A DNA stretch of 24,243 nucleotides, from positions 1 through 24,243 of IMG/VR virus record IMGVR_UViG_3300048886_000802; one strand, given 5' to 3'. This DNA is from a virus (lineage: Duplodnaviria; Caudoviricetes). How positions within the stretch are numbered: position 1 is the stretch's first letter; every line of letters begins with the position of its first letter. This document shows positions 14,957-23,806 of the stretch, piece after piece. The notes beneath the pieces are model-generated. The model saw only the letters and a program-made list of their open reading frames with translations, was not told the origin of the DNA and did not search any database. Made by a program: the position numbers and the translations under genes.

Positions 14957-16119
14957 TGGGCGGTAAGGGCGGGGCCTTCAAAAAGGAGTTGGCCAAGTCC
15001 AGGTTGGGTAAAATCGCTGACCTGTTGGAGAACTCCGGTATCGACCCAGAGGAAATCGGGGCGATTGAGAAGGTCCGGATTTCCGAATGGCAAGGAATAA
15101 CCAAGAACGAAGAGGGTGAAGCCGAGATTCACGACCTTGGCGGCATTTCTGTTGTTATCGCCCCGGCTTGGGCTGATGGCCCCGAATGGCCAGTTGTTCA
15201 ACAGGCCGCCCCTGTGGCGGTAAAAACTCCACCCAAATCTAAGAAGCCAACCAAGCCTCGTTATAAGACGTGCGTAGTTCTCCCGGATCCTCAGATTGGA
15301 TACCGGATGTACGACGATGGGACAATGGACCCATTTCACGACGAGGAGTCGATGGCAGTCGCTCTTCAGATCCTCGCCGACGTGGACGCCGACCTGATCG
15401 TAAACCTGGGGGATTTCTTAGACTTTGCTGAGTTCGGCAAGTTCGAGATGGAGCCAGCGTTTGCCAAAACGTCTCAAGCGGGCGTAGACAGGGGGCATAA
15501 GTTCTTGTGTCAGCAGCGGCAGATCGCTCCGGATGCAGACATTATTTTGCTTGAAGGCAACCACGACCGCCGATTACAGAAGGCTGTGACCACGAACACG
15601 GTTGCCGCCCTGCATCTGAAGCGGGCTGAAGTCCCAGAGGATTGGCCCGTGATGTCGGTGCCGTTCCTGCTACGCCTCAACGAGGATCATTTGAACGTCG
15701 AGTACGTCGGCGGTTACCCGGCGGGCATTTATTGGATCAACCAGAACCTGGCGTGCATCCACGGGCACACGACGAGGAGCAGGGGTTCAACGGTTGCCGC
15801 TGTGGTGGATGATGAGCGGACGAGTGTCATCCACGGGCACATCCACCGCATCGAACTTCAGCATAAGACCAGGCGGACATTTGAAGGGGCTAAACGCAGC
15901 CTGGCTGCTTCCCCTGGGTGCCTGTGCCGAACAGACGGCGCTGTGCCCTCAACAAAGGGATCTACGGATCCTCACGGTCGACCCGTGAATGCTGTGGAAG
16001 ACTGGCAGCAAGGAATGGCGGTCGTGTCCTACGAAGAAGGAGATGGAAATTTCGATGTCGAACTCATCCCAATCTCACGGGGCGAGGCCATCTTCCGCGG
16101 AGACTACTACCGAGCCTGA
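14956..16119 (+). CDS. Calcineurin-like metallophosphoesterase
   Basis: All five motifs are present: PDPQ, GDFLD, GNHD, HGH and GHIH. TAGTG coupling to the upstream gene. Confidence 0.9.
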   Translation: MGGKGGAFKKELAKSRLGKIADLLENSGIDPEEIGAIEKVRISEWQGITKNEEGEAEIHDLGGISVVIAPAWADGPEWPVVQQAAPVAVKTPPKSKKPTKPRYKTCVVLPDPQIGYRMYDDGTMDPFHDEESMAVALQILADVDADLIVNLGDFLDFAEFGKFEMEPAFAKTSQAGVDRGHKFLCQQRQIAPDADIILLEGNHDRRLQKAVTTNTVAALHLKRAEVPEDWPVMSVPFLLRLNEDHLNVEYVGGYPAGIYWINQNLACIHGHTTRSRGSTVAAVVDDERTSVIHGHIHRIELQHKTRRTFEGAKRSLAASPGCLCRTDGAVPSTKGSTDPHGRPVNAVEDWQQGMAVVSYEEGDGNFDVELIPISRGEAIFRGDYYRA

Positions 16120-16393
16120 ACTCCAAGTCGAGTTCGATGACGACATTCCCCAGGCGAGGGACTTCCCCGTTATCACTATTGTCCTTTCGCTAGATGACCC
16201 GTCCGAGCCAAACCATGTCGACTTGGGGTCCATACCCCCAGCGATCGCAGGTGGAGCGTTGGAGGGAATCGCTAATCATTTGAAGCGGCTGGCGTGGCCG
16301 AGCCGTGTCACTTACGCTGGACAAACGATCTTCGATCCGTTAGCGATGGTCCCATCTGATGACTTCGATGATGACGACGACGCCGTCGCTTGA
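16055..16393 (+). CDS. Hypothetical acidic protein (start uncertain)
   Basis: ORF fills the gap before the capsid gene; poly-Asp C-terminus. Confidence 0.6.
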   Translation: MSNSSQSHGARPSSAETTTEPELQVEFDDDIPQARDFPVITIVLSLDDPSEPNHVDLGSIPPAIAGGALEGIANHLKRLAWPSRVTYAGQTIFDPLAMVPSDDFDDDDDAVA

Positions 16394-16496
16394 TTGACCC
16401 TTCCACCCTTACGCACGAACACATGTAAGGATTGTCTCAGCGAGGTGCTTACCTCGTGGTACATAATTTCGTCTATCACGAGAGTGAGAAATCATC

Positions 16497-17765
16497 ATGG
16501 CAGTATCTGATTCCCATCTTCGGGAACTCAAGACTGCTCTCCGCGACACCCTGTCGGACAACGATGCAATCGTTGCCCACGCAGAGGCGAATCGCGAAGA
16601 GGGCGGTCCCGACATTCAGGTCGATGCGAAGCATCTGACCTCTTTCCGTGAGAACCTCGGCAAGGCACGCGAACTGCGTGACCAGATCGAGGCTCTTGAG
16701 GGCCAGAAGGAGATGCAGGACTGGGCCACAGAGGCCCCCAGCGCTCCTGAGACCCAGACGGAGGAAAAGTCCATCACGACATCACTCGGTCAGGCATTCG
16801 TGGACTCCGATGAGTTCAAGTACCTGAACGGTGGCCAGAATGGCCACACGATGCACGTTCCGTTCGGCGTCAAGGGCGACCTTGGCAGCATGTGGCAGCA
16901 GAAGGACGTGTACACCACGCTTCCTTCCGGTACGCCGTCACAGTTCGGTACACCGCAGCGTGACGCCATTGTTGAGCGGGCACACAGGTCCTCACGGGTC
17001 CGTGATCTGTTCAACGTCCAGCAGACCAGCACGAACCTGATTGAGTTCTTCAGGGTGACCGGTTTCACGAACAACTCTGCGACCACTTCGGAGCGCAGCG
17101 GAACTCCTGCAACCTTCACCTCGTACCCACAGTCAACGCTGACAGTCGCTGGTTCGCAGGCTCCGGTCAGGACCATCGGCCACTACGAGGTTGCTCACCG
17201 CAACTCTCTCGCTGACGAGGGTGCCCTTCGGGGGATCATCGACAACGAGTTGCTGTACGGTCTGCGCCTCACCGAGGACGATCAGATCCTCAACGGTGAT
17301 GGAACTGGCACGAACCTGACTGGTATCATCACCACGACGGGCATCAGTACCCAGGCCAAGGGCTCAGACACGACGCTTGACGCTCTTCGCAAGGCGATCA
17401 CCAAGATCGCTCTGGCGTACTACGAGCCGACAGGCATCGTCATGCATCCCAACGACTGGGAAGGCGTGGAACTGTCCAAGGACGGCAACAGCAACTACAT
17501 GTTGGCTGCTTCTGTCGCTCTTGGTGGCGAGTCACGAGTGTGGCGTCTCCCCGTGGTCGAGACTTCGGCCATGACGGAGAACACCGCTCTGGTCGGCTCG
17601 TTCGGCATCGGTGCAACCCTCTATGACCGCATGGAGGGCACGATCCGCGTGTCCGAGCAGCACAGCGATTACTTCGTTCGCAACGCCATTGCCGTTCTGG
17701 CAGAAGAGCGTCTCGCTCTTGCGGTGAAGCGCCCGGAGTCGTTCTGCAAGGTGACCGGCATCTAA
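16497..17765 (+). CDS. Major capsid protein (HK97 fold, N-terminal delta-like domain)
   Basis: Coiled-coil N-terminus, EDDQILNGDGTG.NL.GI, VMHPNDW..KDGN.NY, LPVVET and FVRNAIAVLAEER.AL.V.RPESF. Confidence 0.96.
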   Translation: MAVSDSHLRELKTALRDTLSDNDAIVAHAEANREEGGPDIQVDAKHLTSFRENLGKARELRDQIEALEGQKEMQDWATEAPSAPETQTEEKSITTSLGQAFVDSDEFKYLNGGQNGHTMHVPFGVKGDLGSMWQQKDVYTTLPSGTPSQFGTPQRDAIVERAHRSSRVRDLFNVQQTSTNLIEFFRVTGFTNNSATTSERSGTPATFTSYPQSTLTVAGSQAPVRTIGHYEVAHRNSLADEGALRGIIDNELLYGLRLTEDDQILNGDGTGTNLTGIITTTGISTQAKGSDTTLDALRKAITKIALAYYEPTGIVMHPNDWEGVELSKDGNSNYMLAASVALGGESRVWRLPVVETSAMTENTALVGSFGIGATLYDRMEGTIRVSEQHSDYFVRNAIAVLAEERLALAVKRPESFCKVTGI

Positions 17766-17800
17766 GCCACCTCTCAGCCGCATGACGGCTGACGATCGTT

Positions 17801-17839
17801 AAGGGAGTCGGGCTTCGGCCCGGCTCCCTTCGTCGTTTT
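17801..17839 (+). terminator. Intrinsic terminator after the capsid gene
   Basis: AAGGGAGTCGGGC-TTCG-GCCCGGCTCCCTT with a cUUCGg tetraloop, followed by CGTCGTTTT. Confidence 0.85.
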
Positions 17840-17865
17840 CGGGCGGCTCCTGGTACGATGACGTT

Positions 17866-18096
17866 ATGGCAGTTGACTCAATAAAGACAGTTGTCCTCGA
17901 CAGGGACATCTACGACGAGAAGGACGGTTCGCGTGTTCTGATCGGCCGTAAGGGTGAGCGCGTCACGCCTGAGGTTGCTCGCAAGCACGGGGTGTTGCCG
18001 ATCGAATCGGCCGGAGTGCCCGCCATGGAAGCAAAGGTTGTTTCGCCTGCCGAGCGGCAGAGTTTGACGATTGCTTCAAATAAGCGGGTCCGCTGA
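17866..18096 (+). CDS. Small capsid-adjacent hypothetical protein, leaderless
   Basis: TG-G-TACGAT lies 6 nt before the ATG; position directly after the capsid gene. Confidence 0.7.
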   Translation: MAVDSIKTVVLDRDIYDEKDGSRVLIGRKGERVTPEVARKHGVLPIESAGVPAMEAKVVSPAERQSLTIASNKRVR

Positions 18097-18276
18097 CCCT
18101 GGGCGGTAGCGACCCTTCGGACCCATCTGTTCGCCGTGTGCGAATATCTCATTTAGAGTGTCGTACTCTTCGATGGCGTCCATCCTGGCCCTGAAGCGCA
18201 AAGCGCTGGCCAAAGCGAATAATACGCAGAACGCAAATCCGGCTACGAAGGAGATGAGCATGAGCAATGTTGTCAT
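18076..18276 (-). CDS. Small single-pass membrane protein, leaderless
   Basis: N-terminal TM helix followed by basic residues; minus strand reads TG-A-TAAACT 6 nt before the ATG. Confidence 0.65.
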   Translation of the reverse strand: MTTLLMLISFVAGFAFCVLFALASALRFRARMDAIEEYDTLNEIFAHGEQMGPKGRYRPGSADPLI

Positions 18277-18291
18277 TCCCGGAGTTTATCA

Positions 18292-18618
18292 GTGAAGCGC
18301 TCAGGTCCGATACGGAGGTCGGGCGGGCTTAACCCCATTAGTGCCAAGCGGAGAGCGGAGTTGAATATCCGCTCCAGGGTCAGAAAAGAGGTCTTGGAAC
18401 GAGACCAGTACAAATGTGTAGCAATGCACCTTGTACCTGATATAAACTGCTGGGGCCCCCTGGATGTTGACGAGATCGTCGGCAGGGGGCGCGGCGGCGA
18501 CTGGCTCGACCCCTACAACTGTCAGGTGCTTTGTCGAGCACACCACGACTGGAAGCACCTGCACCCCGCTGAAGCGACCCATCTCGGCCTGACAAGAAAC
18601 AGAATGTGGGATCCGTGA
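18292..18618 (+). CDS. HNH endonuclease-like protein
   Basis: VLERDQYKC, DVDEIVGRGRGG and NCQVLCRAHH. The usual first His is replaced by an acidic residue. Confidence 0.8.
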   Translation: MKRSGPIRRSGGLNPISAKRRAELNIRSRVRKEVLERDQYKCVAMHLVPDINCWGPLDVDEIVGRGRGGDWLDPYNCQVLCRAHHDWKHLHPAEATHLGLTRNRMWDP

Positions 18619-19304
18619 CTACGACTAAATGGCTTGCTCGATTTGGTGCTGTTCTAGTCTGCCTAACGGCGGGTCTGACCCTCTGGGACGCTGCAGGGGC
18701 CCCAGAGGGCCAGCAGGCCAGCGCTGACCCAGGAGCCAGCAGGAGGGCGCTTAGTGCCCCGGCAGGCGGTAGCGTAACCACCGTCCACCTGGTAGCGCAG
18801 CCCCTCAAGGTCCCTCCAAGACCATCCCACCCAACGTGGCCGCCACGGACCACTACCACAACCACGATTCGAGTCCCCGTCACGGTCACATGGGTTGAAA
18901 CCGATTTCGACCGATGGGCCGATGCCAATACGGGCGAGTGCCCGTTAGTTGGTTCGTGCGAAAACATCCATTCAATGCCCACCCTTGAACGGCTTGTCAG
19001 AGAGTATTTCCTTCCGGAGGACAGGGATTGGGCGTTACGGGTGGCGTTCTGTGAGTCGTCCGGGCAGCCAACAAGCCGTTGGAGCGACGCTGTTCATAAG
19101 AGCAGCGGGGCGAGTGGGTACTTCCAGCATCTCCCCAAGTTCTGGGAGGAGCGTTCGGAACGGGCCGGATTTTCTGGGTGGCACATCATGGACTCCAGGG
19201 GGAACGTCGGTGTCGCCGCTTGGCTGTATTACAAGGACGGCGGGTCGAGACATTGGAACTCGTCTAAAGGCTGCTGGGGGCTCACACTGCACAAGAGTAC
19301 ATGA
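18615..19304 (+). CDS. Exported lysozyme-fold muralytic enzyme (lytic transglycosylase/Rpf-like)
   Basis: Signal peptide or anchor, Pro/Thr linker, and catalytic motifs ALRVAFCESSG, GASGYFQ, NV.VAAWLY..GG..HW. GTGA coupling to the HNH gene. Confidence 0.8.
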   Translation: MTTTKWLARFGAVLVCLTAGLTLWDAAGAPEGQQASADPGASRRALSAPAGGSVTTVHLVAQPLKVPPRPSHPTWPPRTTTTTTIRVPVTVTWVETDFDRWADANTGECPLVGSCENIHSMPTLERLVREYFLPEDRDWALRVAFCESSGQPTSRWSDAVHKSSGASGYFQHLPKFWEERSERAGFSGWHIMDSRGNVGVAAWLYYKDGGSRHWNSSKGCWGLTLHKST

Positions 19305-19363
19305 CCCTGCATCCGGCGTAACATAACCGTCATCTGGGCGTTATTACATGACATGCTATGTAA

Positions 19364-19693
19364 ATGCCCCGAGACGGAAGTGTCCCACCACAGCGAGCCG
19401 AATCCTCGGGGTGGGACAACCCCGAGGGCATCATCGCTATCGAGCGGCCAGGTTGGCAGGCAGAATCAGCGTGCAGGTTCGTGGAAGACCCAGCGATCTT
19501 TTACCCTTCCCCAGGGGACACGGAAGCCCTCTGGGCCGCCAAGGCGACCTGCTCAAACTGCCCGGTGCTAGACAAATGCTTAGAGTATGCACTCGGCAAT
19601 AACGAGCGCTATGGCATATGGGGCGGGAAGAGCACCAGGGAGCGTTTGCTTATTTTGCGCGCGAAGCGCATGCTGGAGGCAGGCGAAGCCTAA
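19364..19693 (+). CDS. whiB: WhiB-family Fe-S transcription factor
   Basis: W..SAC..DP.IFYP..AK.TC.NCPV..C..YAL..ERYGIWGG.S..ER, with four Cys and the GIWGG turn. Confidence 0.95.
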   Translation: MPRDGSVPPQRAESSGWDNPEGIIAIERPGWQAESACRFVEDPAIFYPSPGDTEALWAAKATCSNCPVLDKCLEYALGNNERYGIWGGKSTRERLLILRAKRMLEAGEA

Positions 19694-19728
19694 CCGAAGG
19701 CAAGGCCATAAACGCATAGGCTAGGCGC

Positions 19729-20289
19729 ATGGCGATCATCACTTACCTCGATCTTGGGACCTACATGAACAAAACGTTCACGTCGGGGGAACAGGCTGCT
19801 GCAAACTCGATGATCGGCGCCTTGGAACGGGAACTTTCTCAAATCTTGGGCCGTTCTCTGTCTGGGACCTCGGTAACCGCTGAAGCGCATTTGCTTCAAA
19901 TCGGGCAGAGGCAGATCTTTTTGAAGGAATACCCAGTCCTGTCCGTGACCGCGGTAAGTATCGGAACCCTGGGTTCCGAGGTTGCCCAAACGGTTTCTGA
20001 TTTCGATATCTATTCATGGGGACTTGACAGGGTCCGGAATCTGACTCAAGGCAATAGCGCTATCGTGACGTACACGGCGGGCATGTCTGTACAGGACCAG
20101 CAGCAGTTGGAGGCAATGATGCTGCGGGTCTCGGCCCGCGAAATGTCTACCGTGCTTGCTGACGCCCAGGGGTTGGAGAAACTCGCTGTCGAAGGAGCCA
20201 CCTTCACGTTCGCCAATAACGGGTTGGGCGGGTTCACCGATTCTGATCTTCGGTGGGTCAGGCGATACAGACGTAAAGGTGTGTTCTAA
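19729..20289 (+). CDS. Head-to-tail adaptor (gp6-like), leaderless
   Basis: Position, plus L.EYPV.SVT.V, VTYTAG and the C-terminal RRYRR; TAGGCT lies 6 nt before the ATG. Confidence 0.75.
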   Translation: MAIITYLDLGTYMNKTFTSGEQAAANSMIGALERELSQILGRSLSGTSVTAEAHLLQIGQRQIFLKEYPVLSVTAVSIGTLGSEVAQTVSDFDIYSWGLDRVRNLTQGNSAIVTYTAGMSVQDQQQLEAMMLRVSAREMSTVLADAQGLEKLAVEGATFTFANNGLGGFTDSDLRWVRRYRRKGVF

Positions 20290-20609
20290 TGCGTGGCGGA
20301 GGCCAGTCGTTGACAGTGCGGAGCCGATCCGGAACGGTTGACGTTGAGGGGCAAATGACTTACACCAACACAGATTCGTCTGTGATGGGCCGAGTCACCG
20401 CCCGCGACTCGACCGCTATTGATGACGCCGGGCAGGCGTCTTACCAGTCCACGGTGATCGCATGGTTGCCCCTGGGAACAGCGGTTACCGACGCCGACCA
20501 AATAGTCGTCGCTAATCAAGACTCATTCCTGAACGGCACCTATGACATTGATGCCATTCAGTACACATATTCACACCTCCGCATTTTCTTACGGGGGCAA
20601 CGATCCTGA
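20289..20609 (+). CDS. Head-closure/stopper-like protein
   Basis: Size, beta-rich pattern (DQIVV..GTYDI), synteny and TAATG coupling. Confidence 0.6.
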   Translation: MRGGGQSLTVRSRSGTVDVEGQMTYTNTDSSVMGRVTARDSTAIDDAGQASYQSTVIAWLPLGTAVTDADQIVVANQDSFLNGTYDIDAIQYTYSHLRIFLRGQRS

Positions 20610-21178
20610 TGCCGAAACCAGTCCCGAATATGTCGACACTAATCCTTGCTAACGCCATGCGCGTTTTCAACGCTGGAGCGCGCTACGGCTTGAAGGCTGC
20701 TGGCGGAACGGTAGGCACGAAGTATTCGAAGGCGATTAGAGACATGTACGGCACGCCAGGCGGCGGCGGGCGACCGTACTTCCACAAGAAGTTGGGAAGG
20801 GTCGTTATTTCGTCCGCCCCCGGGACACCCCCGGCGAAGCAGGCCGGGGATCTGCAGGACAGCGTCGGGTTTACGTTCGGCAGGTCCGCTGCGAGGAATC
20901 TTCAAACGGGGCAATTCGCCAAAGGTGGCACCCAAACGATTGTTCAAGTGTTCTCGACGAGCGCATACGCCCCCGAGCAGGAGTTCGGCTATGGGGGGCT
21001 ACCTGTCCGTCCGACGTGGACCACTGCCGCCCGCGACATGAATCTTCTCTCAAGCGCAATTATTCACCCGACAGCGTTGTTGTTCGGCGCGGCTGAAAGG
21101 GCTGCGGCTAAGCGATATGCGACATCCAGCCCCTTGCCAGTGACGATCATTGGTCAACAGGCAGCGATTAGGCCATAG
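20609..21178 (+). CDS. HK97 gp10-like neck/tail-completion protein
   Basis: SAPGTPPA.QAGDLQDS, YAPEQEFG and RP motifs; synteny. Confidence 0.7.
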   Translation: MPKPVPNMSTLILANAMRVFNAGARYGLKAAGGTVGTKYSKAIRDMYGTPGGGGRPYFHKKLGRVVISSAPGTPPAKQAGDLQDSVGFTFGRSAARNLQTGQFAKGGTQTIVQVFSTSAYAPEQEFGYGGLPVRPTWTTAARDMNLLSSAIIHPTALLFGAAERAAAKRYATSSPLPVTIIGQQAAIRP

Positions 21179-21180
21179 TT

Positions 21181-21570
21181 ATGGCTAGCGTCGCTTCAGC
21201 ACTCCGCACAGCGATCGTGGATGCGAATATTACAAATATTACAACAAAGGTGTACAGGGATGCCGCCCCTGATGCCATAGACACCCCGTTTGTCACGTTC
21301 AGCGACGACCTGGCCCGGATCCCGGCGTTTGTCGGGGATGGGGCGGTGTCAGCGCGAACCAGGCTGGTTCATGTCTATTTGTGGCAACTCTTAGACGCTG
21401 AAGATGTCACTTTGGTTGACAGCGTCCTGAGTGCTGTGGATAGCGCTGCCTTGACGGGGGCGGATAAAAAGATTTTTGGTTGTCGAGTTACCGATGTTCA
21501 ACGGTTCGCCAACCTGGAAGAAAACACTTGTCAGCACACGCTTGTGGTTGACGTAACACAGGGGAACTGA
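21181..21570 (+). CDS. Tail terminator-like protein
   Basis: VY.D.AP....PFVTF pattern, size and synteny. Confidence 0.65.
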   Translation: MASVASALRTAIVDANITNITTKVYRDAAPDAIDTPFVTFSDDLARIPAFVGDGAVSARTRLVHVYLWQLLDAEDVTLVDSVLSAVDSAALTGADKKIFGCRVTDVQRFANLEENTCQHTLVVDVTQGN

Positions 21571-22256
21571 TGGCTTTTACAACGATCACCGTAACTGGGA
21601 CCTTTCTAGCCGCAGGCGGGTCCGCTGCTTCAGGAAACATCACGTTCGTCGCATCAGCGACGATGACCGATTCGGCGAGCAATCAGACGGTGTCACCGAC
21701 GCTGGTTACTGGCACGCTAAACGGCAGCGGGGTTCTCAGCGTCGCCCTGACCGCAACGGATGATTCAACGACTCAGCCGACCGGTGTTACTTATGAGGTA
21801 ACCGAGAACGTCACAGGGGCGGGGCAAAACAAATACAACATTGAAGTTCCGGCTTCGTCTCCCGGCGGGACTTTGGATTTGGCTGACATTACCCCGGCGG
21901 TCACACCGATTACGTCGTACTCGTATGCGACGCAAGCCTATGTGAACACGTTGACGAGCGGTTGGACACCCGAAGGGTACTCGGCGTCGGAGTTGGCCTT
22001 CGCGGCAACTTCAGAATTGGCATCTACAGATGTCCAGGCGGCGATTGAAGAGGTCCGTTCGAAGTCGAAGTACACACATACGCAGCAAACTCCGGCCACA
22101 ACATGGTCGATTACGCACAATTTGGCGTTCCGGCCGAATGTGGCTGTCGTGGATACGTCGGACACATTGTGCTACGGGGACATTGATTACACCAGCGACA
22201 ACGCCCTTACGGTGACCTTCGCACAATCCTTCGGCGGGAAGGCGTATCTTTCTTAG
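21570..22256 (+). CDS. Virion structural / minor tail protein
   Basis: Thr-rich beta domain (ATDD..PTG.TYEV.E..LDLADI) seen in actinophage minor tail proteins, plus a C-terminal YTHTQ..TW.ITHNL..P.V.VVD module. Confidence 0.65.
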   Translation: MAFTTITVTGTFLAAGGSAASGNITFVASATMTDSASNQTVSPTLVTGTLNGSGVLSVALTATDDSTTQPTGVTYEVTENVTGAGQNKYNIEVPASSPGGTLDLADITPAVTPITSYSYATQAYVNTLTSGWTPEGYSASELAFAATSELASTDVQAAIEEVRSKSKYTHTQQTPATTWSITHNLAFRPNVAVVDTSDTLCYGDIDYTSDNALTVTFAQSFGGKAYLS

Positions 22257-22285
22257 TAGGACAACCCTCCCAGGAGATATAAATT

Positions 22286-23749
22286 ATGGCTAAGTATCTG
22301 GTCAACCTCGACCTGAACCAGAACCAGTTGGTTAAGGCTCGGGTAGAAAACCTCGCATCTGCCCCGTCGGGTCCCGTAACTGGGCAGATTTATTACAACA
22401 CGGCCAGCAACGCCATGTTCTTTTACAATGGCTCGTCTTGGATTGACGCCAGTGGCGATCTCCAGGGGCTGACTGCGTCAACGGGGCTTTCGGGCGGTGG
22501 GACAACAGGAACGGTTTCAATTGCGTTGGCGGATACGGCCGTATCCGCAGGTTCGTATGGCAGCGCCACCCAGATCCCGACCTACACGGTCGATGCTCAG
22601 GGTCGTCTGACCGCTGCGGCGAACACGACAGTCTCGGTTACCTCGTCGTCGGTTAGTGACTTTACCGAGGCTGTGCAGGACACCGCTGGGGCTCAGGTCG
22701 CTACGAACGGCTCCCACACCGGGATTTCCGCCTCTTACGACGATGCGGGCGACGGGGCGATCGACCTCGCTCTGACCACCAGCGGCGTTACGGCAGCCTC
22801 GTATGGCAGCGCCACCCAGGTCCCGACCTACACGGTCGACACCTACGGTCGTCTGACCGCTGCGGCGAACATAGCGATTGCAGTCCCTTCCAGCGGGATC
22901 TCCGACTTTACCGAGGCCGTGCAGGATGTCGCTGGGGGAATGGTTACTGGCAATACCGAAACCGGTATAACGGTCACCTATCAGGACGCCGACGGCACAC
23001 TCGACTTCGTCAACAACGGCGTCACTTCTGTCGCCGGAACCTCCAACGAGGTTGACGTTTCCGCCTCCACGGGGGCGGTCACAATCGGCTTGCCGAGCGA
23101 TGTCACCATCGGCAACAACCTCACCGTTTCAGGAGACCTGACGGTTTCTGGTACGACCACAACGATCGATTCGACAACGATCACTGTCGACGACAAGAAC
23201 CTCGAACTCGGCTCTGTCGCCTCTCCCTCGGACGCCACTGCCGACGGTGGTGGTATCACCCTCAAGGGCGCGACCGACAAGACGATGAACTGGGTCAACT
23301 CCACTGATGCGTGGACTTCGTCGGAGCATATGGAACTGGCTTCCGGCAAGGCGTTCTACATCAACGGCACATCGGTTTTGAACGCCACAACGCTCGGTTC
23401 TGGTGTCACAGGCTCGTCGCTGACTTCTCTCGGCACAATTGGCACTGGCACCTGGGAGGCCACCGACATTGGTGTCGCCCACGGTGGTACCGGCGCTTCG
23501 ACCGCAGCCACTGCCCGCTCCAACCTTGGAGCCACCACGAAGGTGTCTTCAACGATTGGTGACGGTTCAGCCACTTCGATCGCCGTGACACACAGTCTCA
23601 ACACGGACGACGTGGTAGTTGAGGTGTACGACGCTTCTTCCAAGGAAACAGTCATCTGTGATGTAGACCGCACAAGCGTTAACGCTGTGACCCTGGACTT
23701 TGCTTCGGCTCCGGCAACGAACGCTTATAGAGTCGTAGTAATCGGTTAA
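22286..23749 (+). CDS. Tail fibre-like virion protein
   Basis: AGGAG RBS. Ser/Thr/Gly/Ala-rich, with GQIYYNT, duplicated GSYGSAT..VD..GRLTAA, GGTGASTAATARSNLG and a C-terminal THSLNT.DV module. Confidence 0.75.
   Translation: MAKYLVNLDLNQNQLVKARVENLASAPSGPVTGQIYYNTASNAMFFYNGSSWIDASGDLQGLTASTGLSGGGTTGTVSIALADTAVSAGSYGSATQIPTYTVDAQGRLTAAANTTVSVTSSSVSDFTEAVQDTAGAQVATNGSHTGISASYDDAGDGAIDLALTTSGVTAASYGSATQVPTYTVDTYGRLTAAANIAIAVPSSGISDFTEAVQDVAGGMVTGNTETGITVTYQDADGTLDFVNNGVTSVAGTSNEVDVSASTGAVTIGLPSDVTIGNNLTVSGDLTVSGTTTTIDSTTITVDDKNLELGSVASPSDATADGGGITLKGATDKTMNWVNSTDAWTSSEHMELASGKAFYINGTSVLNATTLGSGVTGSSLTSLGTIGTGTWEATDIGVAHGGTGASTAATARSNLGATTKVSSTIGDGSATSIAVTHSLNTDDVVVEVYDASSKETVICDVDRTSVNAVTLDFASAPATNAYRVVVIG
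22553..22936 (+). repeat. Intragenic direct repeat, 246-bp period (22553-22690 and 22799-22936)
   Basis: TCGTATGGCAGCGCCACCCAG, GGTCGTCTGACCGCTGCGGCGAACA and GACTTTACCGAGGC recur at +246. Confidence 0.9.
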
Positions 23750-23806
23750 TAACAACATCTTCGGCTGACCCTTGCGGGGGGAGGCTGAGGAGGGGTAGTT
23801 GAGGCT

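Noticed and set aside
22553-22936. Repeat pair as a diversity-generating retroelement TR/VR
   Set aside because: Both copies are in-frame within one gene, mismatches are not restricted to adenines, and no reverse transcriptase is present.
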